Virus record (IMG/VR): IMGVR_UViG_3300028048_000079
Span: 60,869 to 124,868 of that record
From: a virus
Taxonomy: Duplodnaviria > Caudoviricetes
DNA length: 64,000 bases
Strand: one strand, 5' to 3'
Position numbers and translations under genes: made by a program. Positions 42,832 through 55,563 of this stretch are shown piece by piece; within the stretch, counting starts at the first letter, position 1; every line of letters starts with the position of its first letter. The notes beneath the pieces are model-generated. The model worked only from the letters and a program-made list of their open reading frames with translations. It did no database searches and was not told the DNA's origin.

Positions 42832-45800
42832 ATGAATACAATTGCTTTCAACAAGTTCATCGTAGTGGGTTGGCTTTATACCATACCTTATATGTTGCAA
42901 GGTCGTGACGTAATGAATTGGTATTTTTACAACAACTATCTGAAGGTGTATAAAAACCTCAAATCAGCCACAAATGCGGCTAATAAGGCCATTTCAAAGT
43001 ACAAGTTCCATAGTGTCAAGGTCTATCGTATTTATGACGCTGATGAAATGATTGGCGGTGATGCAATCAAGATGTGGGAACGGGAGCAGCCGGAGAGAAT
43101 TATGTATGTTAAGGAGTTATTTCAGAAATAGTTAGTTATGGATAATGCAAGTAAGTATATAGTGCTTTATAATGGTGTACCATATCCGGTTAATTCCATT
43201 GAGGAGGCTGCAAATAATCTGTTTGGTCTTAGGGTTGAGATAAGTGAGAATGGCCGAGATTGGGATATTATTGTAAATGGCGAGAGCAGAGCACATTATA
43301 TCCGTGCCGGAATTGATGACAACATAGGTATCAGTTCAAGGGATAATGGCTATACTAAGGAGGAGGCATTAAGAGATTACATGAGGAATTTTGTAGGAAA
43401 GAACACATATTACAATTTGCATTGGTATCAGTTAATGGATAATAGTGAGTAAAAATTAATTCATATTAAATATGCTAAGTAAGAAGCAGATAGAGGAAAT
43501 TGGTGACGAGGTGATTTCAATAATCCGGAGGTCATATAATAAAACTTATGCAGACATTTATCCTATTGTCAATGGTTATGTGGATAATGCTGATGATGCG
43601 AAAGCCGTATTAGATTACATTAAGAAAGACACTACGGAAGATGCTTACTGGCAGTTGAATGATGTTGATTATGATTAATTAACATTTCATTAACAAAGAA
43701 TTAACACTTTTTCTTTGGTTTTTCCAAAAATTCTTTGTAACTTTGCACTATCAAAATTAAATAATATAAGTAGATATGGATAAGATTAGAATCAGACAGA
43801 ATTATGAGAATTATGAGAGGGTACAGAATGCCTTTAAGGATTTCATTCATGCCCTTGTGTGGGAATCTATTGATATCGATGCCGGAGTTCATGAGGATGA
43901 AGTAAATGAGCATATTGACCGATATTGTAGAAACAATGGAGGTCAAATGATTTCGCTTACTAATGATAGCGTAATGAAGTTCATCAAGTCGCTTGAAAGC
44001 CGTTATGAGGTACACTGCTATGAGATTTGCGTAGAAGGTAAAGCCATTATAGAAACGGAATATCATACTGATAATGAAGTGATTGCACTGAAAAAAGGTG
44101 CGGAGTTCTATCGTAGAGCGAAATGCCCACAAGTCAAAATTTTTGACAATGAGCAGGATAAGTACATTGCTGAATGGGATTAAAAATTAGATAATATGTG
44201 GTTAATCAAGAATCATAAAACCGGAAAGTATTACAAGACAAAGTATAATATTGACAATGATAAGTTATTTCACTTACATAGTTTACCATTTGTTAAGTCC
44301 GGTGTATTAACTGAAGAAGAAAGTCGTTCTTCAATGCTTTGTACTGACAAATGGCCACAGATTGAACTGGTAGGTAGGTTTGATGGCAGACGTAATACAT
44401 GGATGCGTGATTGTGAGTGGTTCACATGGCTTGTGGTAATTGATGAAAACAATTAAGTAATTAAAATTTAATTAATATGGAAAAAGGTGTATTTAAAGTT
44501 TTAACGGATGCAGTTTCTGGGGTAAAAGAAGTTGGTATTTACCCAACAATGAATGATGCAGTTGCAGATTTCAAAGAGTGCGTTGCATGTTACATTAGTT
44601 TTGTAGAATTTGGCTCTTATAAAAAACCTGAATTGATTTTACGTAGAAGGCTTGTTGCCTGCGGAGCACCTACTTACGGGACAAAGTCTACCTTTGACAT
44701 AAATCCTAAGTATGCAGAAAAATATGCTGATGAATTGGTAACGGCTACTGGAAGTACGGAGTTAAGTGAGTATGTAGTTAATTACAACAATCGTTATTTT
44801 TAAAAAAAAACTTAATTAATATGAGAAGGAATAATACATCTCTTTTCAGTAAGATATGGAAGTTTGGCAAACGTGGTTGTACTGCCCGTGAGAAGTATCT
44901 GGATTTACCCGATGGTATCAGAATTCCAAATGAGGAGGATTGTGTCTGTGCTCAAATTTGTGCATTTAAGGACACCAATGAAGTGATGGTATATATTCTG
45001 CATTATCCGGATGATGAAGTAGATAATTGGGGCGAGTTTGTCTATTTGCATGAGTTGCCGATGAAGTGCATGAAAACCATTATGGATTTTATTGATAGGC
45101 TTGGTGGTTTGGAAGCACTGACGGAATTGAAACGTAAGATGGAAGGAGATTAGTAAATTTTAACATTCCTTTAACATTTATTATGCGAGATTATTTGGCA
45201 GTCTCGCATATTTTTTGTACCTTTGCATCGTAATTAAAGAATATAAGTTATTAACAATTAAAAATTCATTTGAAATATGGCACAGAATAAGAAGCGTCCC
45301 CAGTACATCAAAGACATTGTGGAGAGTGTAAATTTTGATTTGCGTTACCACAAGGTCAAGGATGAAGGTAATGAGTTATTCAGATGGGTGTGTGAATACC
45401 TGTTGAAACGTGGCTATTATCGTGGATTCAATTATTTCAAGGATTATGACAACAAGTATTTGGGCAAGGTAGTTCCTACAGAGGCCGGAAGTTATGACCC
45501 AGAGAAGTTTGATTATTTACAAGTTTATTAAAAAAGTCAATTCATTTTATATGGAAAAGGTATACGCAGAAGTACATTACTATGACTGCAAAGGCCGTCA
45601 ATATCGTCTAAATTATCTTGCTGATGATTTAAGAATTATGGGTATTGACGTACAAGGTACCGGTTTTAATGACGATTATGATGGATATGTAGAAGTTCTT
45701 GTTACGTTAGAGCAAGCCATTGAACTTGACAAGAAATATAAATCTAAATTTAATATGATTGGTCGTGGCAATACTATTGAGGAAATTTTTGATGATGCGT

Positions 45801-48118
45801 TAAGGATTGACCGGATGGTTAATAGAATATGTAACTAAAAATAGATTAATATGGACGATATTTGTAAGTATAAATTAGAATTGAAGTCTGACGCTGGTAT
45901 TTACATTCGTTGTCGGATTGGTGGTCTTGGACACATAAAATTCGATAAAGATGGTAAAACTGATTGGGATTTCAATGGTGCTTGTTGTCTTATTAAAAAC
46001 GCTGACTATAAGGGGTATTGTAATCTTTGCGTGGTATATCATTCGAAGGGTTGTGAGCAGTTTGAAAATGGCTATACTATTCAGTTTGCTCCAGTATACA
46101 ATGAGGTTGGCCAAATGATATTGGTAGAGTATGACAAAGATGAAAGTTATGCTTGCGTTAATAGTGGTGGATTTAAGGATTATGAGACCGGAGAAATAAG
46201 GGATGCAGAACTTACTTTCCATAAGTATGGTACATTTACAGAGTTTAACAATCTCTTAACAAAAAATTAACACTTAAAATTTGCATATTTCAGAAAATTG
46301 TTGTACCTTTGCACTATCAAATTAAAACATTATAGATTATGGAACAGAAGGAGTATATTGAGAAGTACATGGCATTAGAGCAACAAATGGCTGACCTTAG
46401 AAAGTCATACGTTGAGAGTAATAGCCCGTGGCCGGTAGGTACTAAGGTTGTGGTACATCACAGACACTATGGTGGTAACTTTCCAACCGGATATGATGAA
46501 TATGGTATCATAAAGGGTTATGAGATTAACAATGCCACCGATGAAGTACGTCCTATTTTGGCTAAGATTAAGAAAGATGGTACTGCCCATCCTACGGCCA
46601 GAGTGTATGTGCGTTGTAATGTTGATGTGGAATTATGTAACGATTAAATATCAATTAATATGGAGTTTGCAAGTTATATTGTAATTGGTTTTAACTATAA
46701 CGGAAAACGTTATAACCATAAGGTTGAGAAGTCTGAAATTGATAAGGAGACCTATGAAGATACATGGGTATATTACTTTGAGGAAGATGGCTTAAGTTTT
46801 GAAGTATGGGGAGGTCTTGATGAAGATGGAGAGCCTGCTACTGGCGGTGGTGATACTAATCAATGTATTCCCTTTGCCGTAAATGTCTACGAAATTGATG
46901 TTGAGGATGGTGAGGGTACACAATTGGAACAGATTGATGAAGTGGACGTTGAGGAATGTGTCTAAAAATAAATTTAAATGATTACAAAAGAAAAAATTAG
47001 ACAAAGTTTCGATGCAGTCTGTTATCATTATTGCGGAACACGATGGCAGGATATAGGTTTATTGGATAAGGCTCTAAGAGCGTTTATTTATCTGTTCGCT
47101 GAATATCCTACCATATCCGTAAAAGGTGAACGTATAGGCTCTGAAAACGCATCAGGGGCATATTGTAATGTGGCTAATAGCCATGAATATTCTCTAATAT
47201 ATATTGAGAAGAAAGATGGCGGTATAGTCGACCTTAATGTTGAATGGCACCAGTTAGGTGGGGCAAAAATGAAATTTGATGGTGAAATTATGATGGCTGC
47301 TATTGAAAATTATGGTAGTTGGAAACTTGAAATTTCAGACAAATTGATTGAACTATTGAACGATTTGCTATCTCTTTAACAATCTTTAAAACATATTTCA
47401 CGTTCCTTAACTGAAAATATTTGGTCGTGTGAAATATTCTTTGTACCTTTGCATTATCAAATTAAAAACAAGAAATATGGTTAAGATTGAAATGTATAAG
47501 GATGATAATGGCAGATTGCTTGTTATCAGTCAGCGTATTAATCACAACTTGGTTTGTGAGTTGTTCAATGATGGTGTAGAAAAACGTGGACATAACGGAA
47601 AATATGATATGAGAAAGGAGTTCAGTAATGATGCTTCTATTCCTCAAATTCTCAATCATTTTGATTTTCCAATTGACACGAAGGCATATTGGAAACGTTG
47701 GGTTTAAAAATATAATATTATGGTAACATCAGCATTTATAAAGAAGTGGAGTGGAGCAGATATGCAGGACGATGGTGCATACGTCTCTAAGGAGTTTAAT
47801 ACGTTTCAGAACGCTTTTAAGCGTGAAATAAGCCGTATATGTAAGAATATAGGCGCAAGCCTTGTAAGTTACTCCAAAGGACATTACGATATGTCAGGGT
47901 TTATTGAGAGAAACGGACACTATGTCTATTTTTCCTATGACAATTCATGTAATGCCGGTGGCCGTGCTTATGCTAATCTTCGTTGTCGTGGACCGTTCTT
48001 CTGCCGGACGGCTGCAAATGAAAAAGATTATCGTGGTGGGTATAATAATACAATTCCATTCACGGAGGCAGAGGAAACATTTAATCGTCTGCTAAACGCT
48101 ATGCACTTGGCTGTATAA
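42832..48118 (+). CDS. Array of small hypothetical early genes (starts 42832, 43138, 43472, 43776, 44196, 44477, 44821, 45277, 45551, 45851, 46339, 46660, 46978, 47477, 47720)
   Basis: Tightly packed co-oriented ORFs in 2-4 gene cassettes behind promoters at 42798, 43738, 45218, 46304, 47444. Confidence 0.7.
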
Positions 48119-48209
48119 GTGTTAAAATAATGTTAAAGTCACGAATTTCTTTGGTTATTTCAGAAAATTGTTGTACCTTTGCACTATCAAAATTAAACGA
48201 TTAAGCATT

Positions 48210-48629
48210 ATGAATACGCAGTTAGAAAAGAGAATTAAGGAGTTGCGAAATGAGTTATCATTTACCAATAAGATGTATTGCAATCTTAAAGAGCAGCTTG
48301 ATAGTATGGTACAGCATAAGGAGAGCCTTGAGAAGAAAATCAAGGAACTAACTGATAATGCCACCAAGGAGTTTATTGACGAGTTTAAACAGAAGCATTC
48401 TGCTGATACCATTCTGTTATTCCGTTGTGGTGATTTCTATGAATGTTATGGTGAGGATGCAGTAGAGATTTCAGTAACTTTGGGCATTACCCTTAATATG
48501 GATAAGACTGACAAGGGAATTCGTTCTTGTGTTACCGGTTTCCCACACCACGCTCTTGATACATATCTTCCAAAGTTGATACGTGCCGGAAAGCGTGTTG
48601 CAATTGCCGATGAAATAAAAGTGTATTAA
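48210..48629 (+). CDS. Coiled coil + stand-alone MutS domain I (mismatch-binding)
   Basis: [17 protein letters not shown]...LGITL...[26 protein letters not shown]. Confidence 0.85.
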   Translation: MNTQLEKRIKELRNELSFTNKMYCNLKEQLDSMVQHKESLEKKIKELTDNATKEFIDEFKQKHSADTILLFRCGDFYECYGEDAVEISVTLGITLNMDKTDKGIRSCVTGFPHHALDTYLPKLIRAGKRVAIADEIKVY

Positions 48630-48650
48630 TCAATTAAAAATAAATAAGTT

Positions 48651-49680
48651 ATGGAGAAGTTTCAGCAGACAATGAATGATTGGTTTGAACTGACCAAGCA
48701 GTTGAAGGACGAATGCAAGGAGTATCTTATTCGTGTTCTGAAAGAGCATAAAGGAGAAATAGATTGGTCAGAAGAAGGTTTGGACGATTATGTCCAGATG
48801 AAGTATTATGACCTATATGGTGAACTTGCCGGATGGACTGATGTGTATGGTGTCAAGTTGAGTAAGAATAATACCATTACATTTATCGGTGAGGATGGAG
48901 ATAACACCTATGAGGAAATGCACGATGATGATTTGTTTGCTGTGTGCAGTTTTATTAACGAAAAGGTTTTACCGGTAATAGGATAAATTATGGAGAGACA
49001 ACCATCTTACGGAGAGTTGGCAATGCTTTCAGACATGTTTGAGAAGCAGTGCGAGGACAAGGGAATAGTCTGGACAGATTTGGAAGTTAAGGATGAAGCC
49101 TATTTGGATTTCTGTAGTCAGTGGATTCAAGGTGAGGATAATCCGGAAGTATTGCTTTGTAATTATGGCTATGAACTTAAAAAGGCAGCGTAGCGTATGG
49201 AAAAGATTATCAAGGTTGGAAGTTTAATTAAGTATCGTGGTGATTTCGGAACTGCCACACCTTCCGTAGTATCAGTTACTAATATTGAACGTTCAGAATA
49301 CAAAATGGATAAATATGGCAAACCGGTTAATGAAGTGCCATTTTCAGAACGTGAGTATTGCGTCTTTGATTTGGATAATGGCCACTGGTGTTATGGTGAG
49401 CAGATTGATGATGTAATTGCATAAAATTTTAATTGATATGGCAAGAAAAAACGATGAAATTAAAGTAACTAAGGTTGAGTTTCTGTATGTGAATCAGCCT
49501 AAACGGAGAAAAATTAAGGTAAAGTTAAATACCGGTTCTACCATCTACATTGAACGTTGCTATGAGAGTTGGCAACAATATGGTGGCACAACTGATGAAT
49601 TATATATCACTATGCCGATAGCGGAAGAATATAATTACTGGTTACATGGTGAAGATTTAGATGTTAATGATGAATATTAA
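48651..49680 (+). CDS. Hypothetical genes 48651-48986, 48990-49193, 49197-49424, ~49438-49680
   Basis: Coupled ORFs. Confidence 0.7.
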
Positions 49681-49971
49681 TTAATATGTACTCGAATGAG
49701 TACATATATAGACCTATACTATGTTATATGTAATTTCCCAGTTGTTTGAAATTATGTATAATATAGTATACTTTTTTATTATTTAATGTATATTATATGA
49801 TACATTAAGGCAATTTTTTGTGTTTAGCCTATAATGTATGAATGGTTATGTTTTTGATTTTTTAACAGATTATTCACAATTATTAATAAAATTAATTTGT
49901 ATAATTCAAATTTATTTTGTACCTTTGCAGTGTAATTAAGAAGTTAAACAAATAAAATCAATTTATATTAT

Positions 49972-50676
49972 ATGGTACTGACATTATCTTTTATTGCAGA
50001 GAATTTCGCAAAGTTCAACAAAGAGTATTTCGATGGCAAGTTAAAGACACCTACCTTTGAGATTACACATGTCAAGTATTATCTTGGTCAATACCATTGG
50101 AAGTATGACAGATTTAATTATAACTACGATGGCAGTCGTATAATCGCTGAAAGCGTTATCCGTATTTCCAATATGTATGACCGGAATGAAACAGAGTATC
50201 AACAGACCATATTGCATGAAATGATTCATCTGTATATCCGGCAGAATAATATCAAAGATACCAGACCGCATCATGGTAGGGTATTCAATTCCATTGCAGA
50301 CCGGATTAATCGTCAAGGTGGGTGGAGGATTGCAAGGACTGACAGCGTTGAGGGTTGTGGACTGACTGACAAATCTTCTGTAAATAAATTTTACATTGCT
50401 TGTTTCTTCAGCGGTTCATCCGGCAGATATTTTCGTTTCCGTATTAATGAGAAGTATCTTGATTATTATAAGGATAAGTTTGATAATTACCCCAAACACT
50501 ATAAGAACGTCTTTATCTACGTTTCTACTGACGATAAGATGTATGCACATTATCCGTCTTGTTACAAATCTGTAAGAGGTTGGTATATATCCAAAGAGGA
50601 ATATGATACCTTGAAAGAAACAGAGAAAGTCATATATCAGGTTCAGACTTTGAGCATTAACCATTACGCAGCATAA
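49972..50676 (+). CDS. SprT-like zinc metalloprotease
   Basis: FNKEYFDGKL...TILHEMIH...HHGRVF; C-terminal NHYAA. Confidence 0.85.
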   Translation: MVLTLSFIAENFAKFNKEYFDGKLKTPTFEITHVKYYLGQYHWKYDRFNYNYDGSRIIAESVIRISNMYDRNETEYQQTILHEMIHLYIRQNNIKDTRPHHGRVFNSIADRINRQGGWRIARTDSVEGCGLTDKSSVNKFYIACFFSGSSGRYFRFRINEKYLDYYKDKFDNYPKHYKNVFIYVSTDDKMYAHYPSCYKSVRGWYISKEEYDTLKETEKVIYQVQTLSINHYAA

Positions 50677-50715
50677 AGGATGAAATATTAATTAAAATTT
50701 AAATAGAATAATAAG

Positions 50716-51339
50716 ATGAAAGCATTGATGATTTTTTTGATTTTGCCAATGATGATTTGTTGGATAATGATGTCAGTAACAATTCAGACAACAAAAGCAA
50801 AGGTCGACCCCAGTGAAACACCTTGGTTTAGGCTACATGGTAAGACAATTTTGTGGGTATTTGCCTTTGTTGTGAATATGATATTTCTGTATATGTTTAT
50901 GTTTATCTGTGCATTATACTATACAGAACAGAACGTACAACCAAGCAATAGAAGTGGTGTAGATACGATTGCAACGGAAATGAGGATGGAAGATGAATGT
51001 CTGAAAAAAGTTAATAATTTCGGGCAATTTGTAACTCATGTTACCTTGACAACATATAATCCAGTGGAAGCACAATGTGATAGTGACCCACTTGTAACCG
51101 CTGATGGCACAAAAATAGATTTAAATAAACTCAAAAAAGGTGAAATAAAGTATTGTGCTATTTCCAGAAACCTTCTACCTTTTATACCACTTGGTTCGGT
51201 AATAGAAATTGAAGGCTATGGATTGTATGAAGTTAGAGATACCATGAATAAAAGATTCAATCATTGTATTGATATATTGCAGCATGTTGATGAGAAGAAT
51301 TTCAAGAAAACCAAAGTTAAGATAGTAAAGATTAAATAA
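50716..51339 (+). CDS. Membrane-anchored 3D-domain (peptidoglycan-acting) protein
   Basis: Two N-terminal TM segments; TTYNP...CDSDPLVTADG...AISR...VRDTMN...IDIL. Confidence 0.75.
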   Translation: MKALMIFLILPMMICWIMMSVTIQTTKAKVDPSETPWFRLHGKTILWVFAFVVNMIFLYMFMFICALYYTEQNVQPSNRSGVDTIATEMRMEDECLKKVNNFGQFVTHVTLTTYNPVEAQCDSDPLVTADGTKIDLNKLKKGEIKYCAISRNLLPFIPLGSVIEIEGYGLYEVRDTMNKRFNHCIDILQHVDEKNFKKTKVKIVKIK

Positions 51340-51347
51340 TATTTGAC

Positions 51348-54300
51348 ATGACGACAGATGAATTACTTTTAAAGTTACCATCCCATATTGGTCGTAATAA
51401 GGTACTGGATAAAGATGGTAATGTAGTCGCTTATGCAACAGACGATAAGAAAGGTGGTGATATTGGATGGCTATATCTTCACAATGACGGAAAAGATTGG
51501 CTTGCATCTTATGGTGTAGAGGGTGAATTTGTATGCCTTAATCCGGATGCAACAGAACAGCCATATAATAATGCGTTTGCCTATGGTAAAACACCAAACG
51601 AAGCATTACAGAAATTATATGATTGGTGTGTGAAAAATGAGTTTATTCGTTAAAGTTTAGTTAAAATCGAGTTAAAGAATGTAAATCATTCGTTTTTCTC
51701 GATTTTTATTCGTACCTTTGCAGTATCAAATTAAAAAGTATTAGATATGAAGTTTGAATTGAATGGTAGAGAGTATGAGGACTATGAGTTGAACAACGGA
51801 CAGATTGTTGAACTGCTTGAAGGAGACTACGATGTCACAGATATGGGTCGTGAGTTCCTTATGAAAAAGGTCTATGAGCGTTTCAAGTCTACGCTTTGTC
51901 CTCGCAGTGGTGAAACCAATGATGATGTATTTGCACGTTTCTTTTCTGACTATGTGAATAATACATTACATGATGAAAAGAAGGCAGCAGAGAAAATGGC
52001 AAGAGACCATCGGACTTTGCAGTCTAACATGTTCAAGTTGTTTATGGCTTATATCAAAATATTGGCTGAAAACGCTAAAACCGGTTGGTTTGACGGACGA
52101 AATGAATATGCGTGCAAGGCATCACAGAAAATGTTAGACTATTTAGATAGTATTGATTATCCTTATTAATATGGCATTAACAAGAGAACAGATTGAACAC
52201 TTTGAATATTGGTGGAAGAAAGACGGAAACATGGATAATCCGTGGAGACATCTTTCACATTCCAGACGTTGGTTGAAAAAACAAGTCAATAAGTATATCC
52301 GTTTAAAAGGAAAGAAAATATCAGATGATGAACAAGGTGGCAAGATTGGCCGGAAACCTTTATGCGGATGGGAGTATTAAAAACTAATTAATATTGAGTT
52401 ATGTTTAAGGAATATAGTTTAAAGGATTTATTCATATCCTTATCAATTGATATGCCGTTCTATGCACTTGGTTGCTATATGGCTGCTGACTATATAGGTG
52501 GTTTTGCTGCCGGATTGTTTTTTATTGTTCTTTGTCTTATTTCCATTGAGCGTGCAAGAAGTGAGGAACAAGACAAGCAAATCCATGCGATTAAAAATGA
52601 ATTAGATAAGGTTAAAGAGGAAATCAAGACCTACAAAGACCAAATTTTGGAGAGGTAACTATTTATTCTGGATGACAGCAATAATAGTTTTATCCGGATT
52701 AGTAATTATTTTTGGTGTGGCAGGCATTGTTGATTACTTGCTACATGAGCATGACCCGTATGGTGATTTCTATTAACGTTTTTTAGTAATTGATTAACAT
52801 TGATTAACAGAAAATGTTTGGTTAATTCAAAAATTTGTTGTACCTTTGCACCATCAAAATAAACAAAGTATAAACAATTTAATTAATAAACATTTATGGC
52901 AAGAATATCTGATTTAGACAAGACGCAGTACATCACAGTTAACGGTGTTAAAATGACTATGGCTGACTATAAGAAGTCGCTGAAGCCAAAGAAGGTTGCT
53001 AAGAAGCGTGTTCGCAGAACTGGCGAAGAGACTACCGTTGGTAATCATAAGGACGTTTCCATCCTTGCAGAAGAGGTTGAGAAACTGATTAAGAGTGCTG
53101 CACCATTCAAGTCCTTATCGGTGTTCTATGGCCACGCATATCGCTCCTACGGCATTGTTTCAGAGCAGATTATGAAGCCTTATAGCAGAGAGTATGCTGC
53201 TTATCAGTCGAAGTATCGTGAGGTTGAGCGTATCATCAACGTTATGCACGAATGTGGCAAGAAGAAGGAGAACGAGGTTTACGATTTCGCCATCCAGTTG
53301 TCTTGGAAGTTGGACGATATGAAGATTGCTCTTAACAACCTTATCAATAAGGTTAGCAAGAATCGTGAGATTACCATCCGTCTGTTCAAGGGTCAGCCGG
53401 TCTATGAGGGTCGTATGCTCGGTGGTAAGACACCAAGAGAATTAGGTTTTAAGCACCAACTTTTCTCTCAGTCTCCGGTTAAGATTGCCAAGACTATGGG
53501 TAAGTTAGAGGAATGTGTGAACACCATCAAGAAGTGGGGTGAAGCCGGACGTAATCCATTTGATTATAAACTCTACTAAAAATTAATTGATATGAAGTTA
53601 CGTGTGTATGATGGTGCAAGAGGTTCTAAGGACAGACACCAGTATGAGGGTTATGTAGACAGATATTCACTTTATTTTCCACGTCCTAAGAAGTGGATTG
53701 ATGAAGATTATCGTAAATTTGGAGAACGCATTACCGGAGATTTTCTTGGATTTTCTTTCAGTGAAGATGGTAAAACCATTAATCGCTGCACATGGGATGA
53801 ATGGAATACACGTAATGGCCAGTGTGATAGTCTTGGCAAAAAGGTGAATATTGATACCTTACCGAAACACGTACAGAATTGGATTGCCGGATATGAGAGG
53901 GTTTATAATAAAATGATTAAGCATCCGGAAGATGAAAAGGTGGTTGAAGCATGGAATAATTATTTTTAAAGCCTAATTCAAGATGAATAAAACATTAATC
54001 AAAATTAAAAAGAAGATTTTCAGAGCCGTTCTATATATTTTCTATCCAAATCGTTGTATTCCCAGACTGATGCGTTACGATGGTTATGAGTGGTACTTGG
54101 CAGAGGGTGAGGTAGAAAAGATGGTGTATGTGAAATATATACGTTTCATCAAAGACGAAACAATATCCTTATTTGAGGTGAGACGTAGGCACAGATGGAC
54201 GGCCTACAGACGTATGCACCGGTTGCTTTTGACGAAGAAAATTATCTGATTAAACATTTTTTAACGAATTATTCACAATTATTAATTAAAATAGTTTGGA

Positions 54301-55323
54301 TAATTCGTTTTTTCTTTGTACCTTTGCATCAGATTTAAGAAACAAGTTAAACGATTAAATTTTAGAGTTATGTTATATTCAGTTTTTGATTTCGACAAGT
54401 TGGACGTTCTTCACAACCTTACATCTGTTGAGGAATGTATGAAGGGAATACGTGAGTTTGCATCGTTGGGTGATTGCTACAAAGAGGATATGAGCAATGA
54501 AAAAGTATGTGATATTTGGGGGTTTGCCGTATTCTCGCATGAGGTTGAGATTACAGAGCCTGCAAGAACGTCCAGAAAAGAGATTGAGGACAAGTATGAT
54601 ATCAACATTATCTACGACTATCAGAAAACCATTGAGGTAGAACGAACAAGAAAACTCAAAGGCTCTATGACTGCAAAGGAGTTGTTTGAAAAGGCTAAGG
54701 GTGAGTTATCCCTATTGAATAAAGGCCGTACAAAGATTTACGGAAAGAAAAGGACAACCATCATCAATTCCGGACAGACCATGTATGGTGACATTATTGA
54801 TTGGCTTCGTGACTATTATCCTAATGAGCGTGCTATTTGGGATGATACGGCAAGACTGCTTATCGGTGAATTTGTAATTACTAATTCATTACTTTAAAAA
54901 TAGATTAATATGGAAAGATATTGTAAGATACCGGTTGAGAATATGACCAATACCGATAAGGTGATTGCTATGGTCGAACGTATGAATATTATGGGTTCTA
55001 CCCATGTATGGCCGGAGTTTGGTACATTCACAATGGCATTTGAGGAACGTCATGTTGGTTTAGGTGATTATATGTATCTCTACGACATCACTTCTACCGG
55101 TCTTGTTTTCTGTCCGATGGACAAAGACCGCATGAAGAAAGAGAATACTACTAAGCCATTGCCATTATACGGAAAAATGTGGAGAATACCACTTAATTGG
55201 TTTAGCGAAGAACTTATGTATAGTGTGTTTATGACATTGAAAAGTGCTTGTAAGCGTAGTCTTACACCAAATGCCTACGAAAAGGTTCTGTTTGAGATTG
55301 GTGAAACACCGGAAGAAAAGTAA
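51348..55323 (+). CDS. Hypothetical genes (starts 51348, 51747, 52171, 52401, 52896, 53592, 53983, 54370, 54910)
   Basis: Co-oriented ORFs behind promoters at 51713, 52841, 54319. Confidence 0.7.
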
Positions 55324-55563
55324 ATATTAATTGATTTAGAATTATGTTGCGTCATTATAGTATTACCGGTTTCAAAAGGAATAAGCGTAACAAGAAAACG
55401 CATACTTTGTTCCTTACGACAAGGCTATCTACCCATGATATTTGTGCGGCCATGCTTAAATGTAAGTATGTGTGGAACACCATTGTGGATATAGATAGTT
55501 TCACAGATAAACCAAATAGTTGGAAACATTATGATGATATAGAGGTAAATCTTACTTTGTTTG

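Noticed and set aside
48210-48629. Annotating as mutS or a host-derived pseudogene
   Set aside because: Only domain I is present, with its own promoter, start, coiled coil and clean stop; no flanking mutS remnants.
29361-54370. N-terminal MLYLC/MYLC extensions (29361, 34129, 47429, 48168, 54316) as a shared peptide motif
   Set aside because: They are translations of the promoter TTGTACCTTTGC from near-cognate starts; the real ATGs are downstream.
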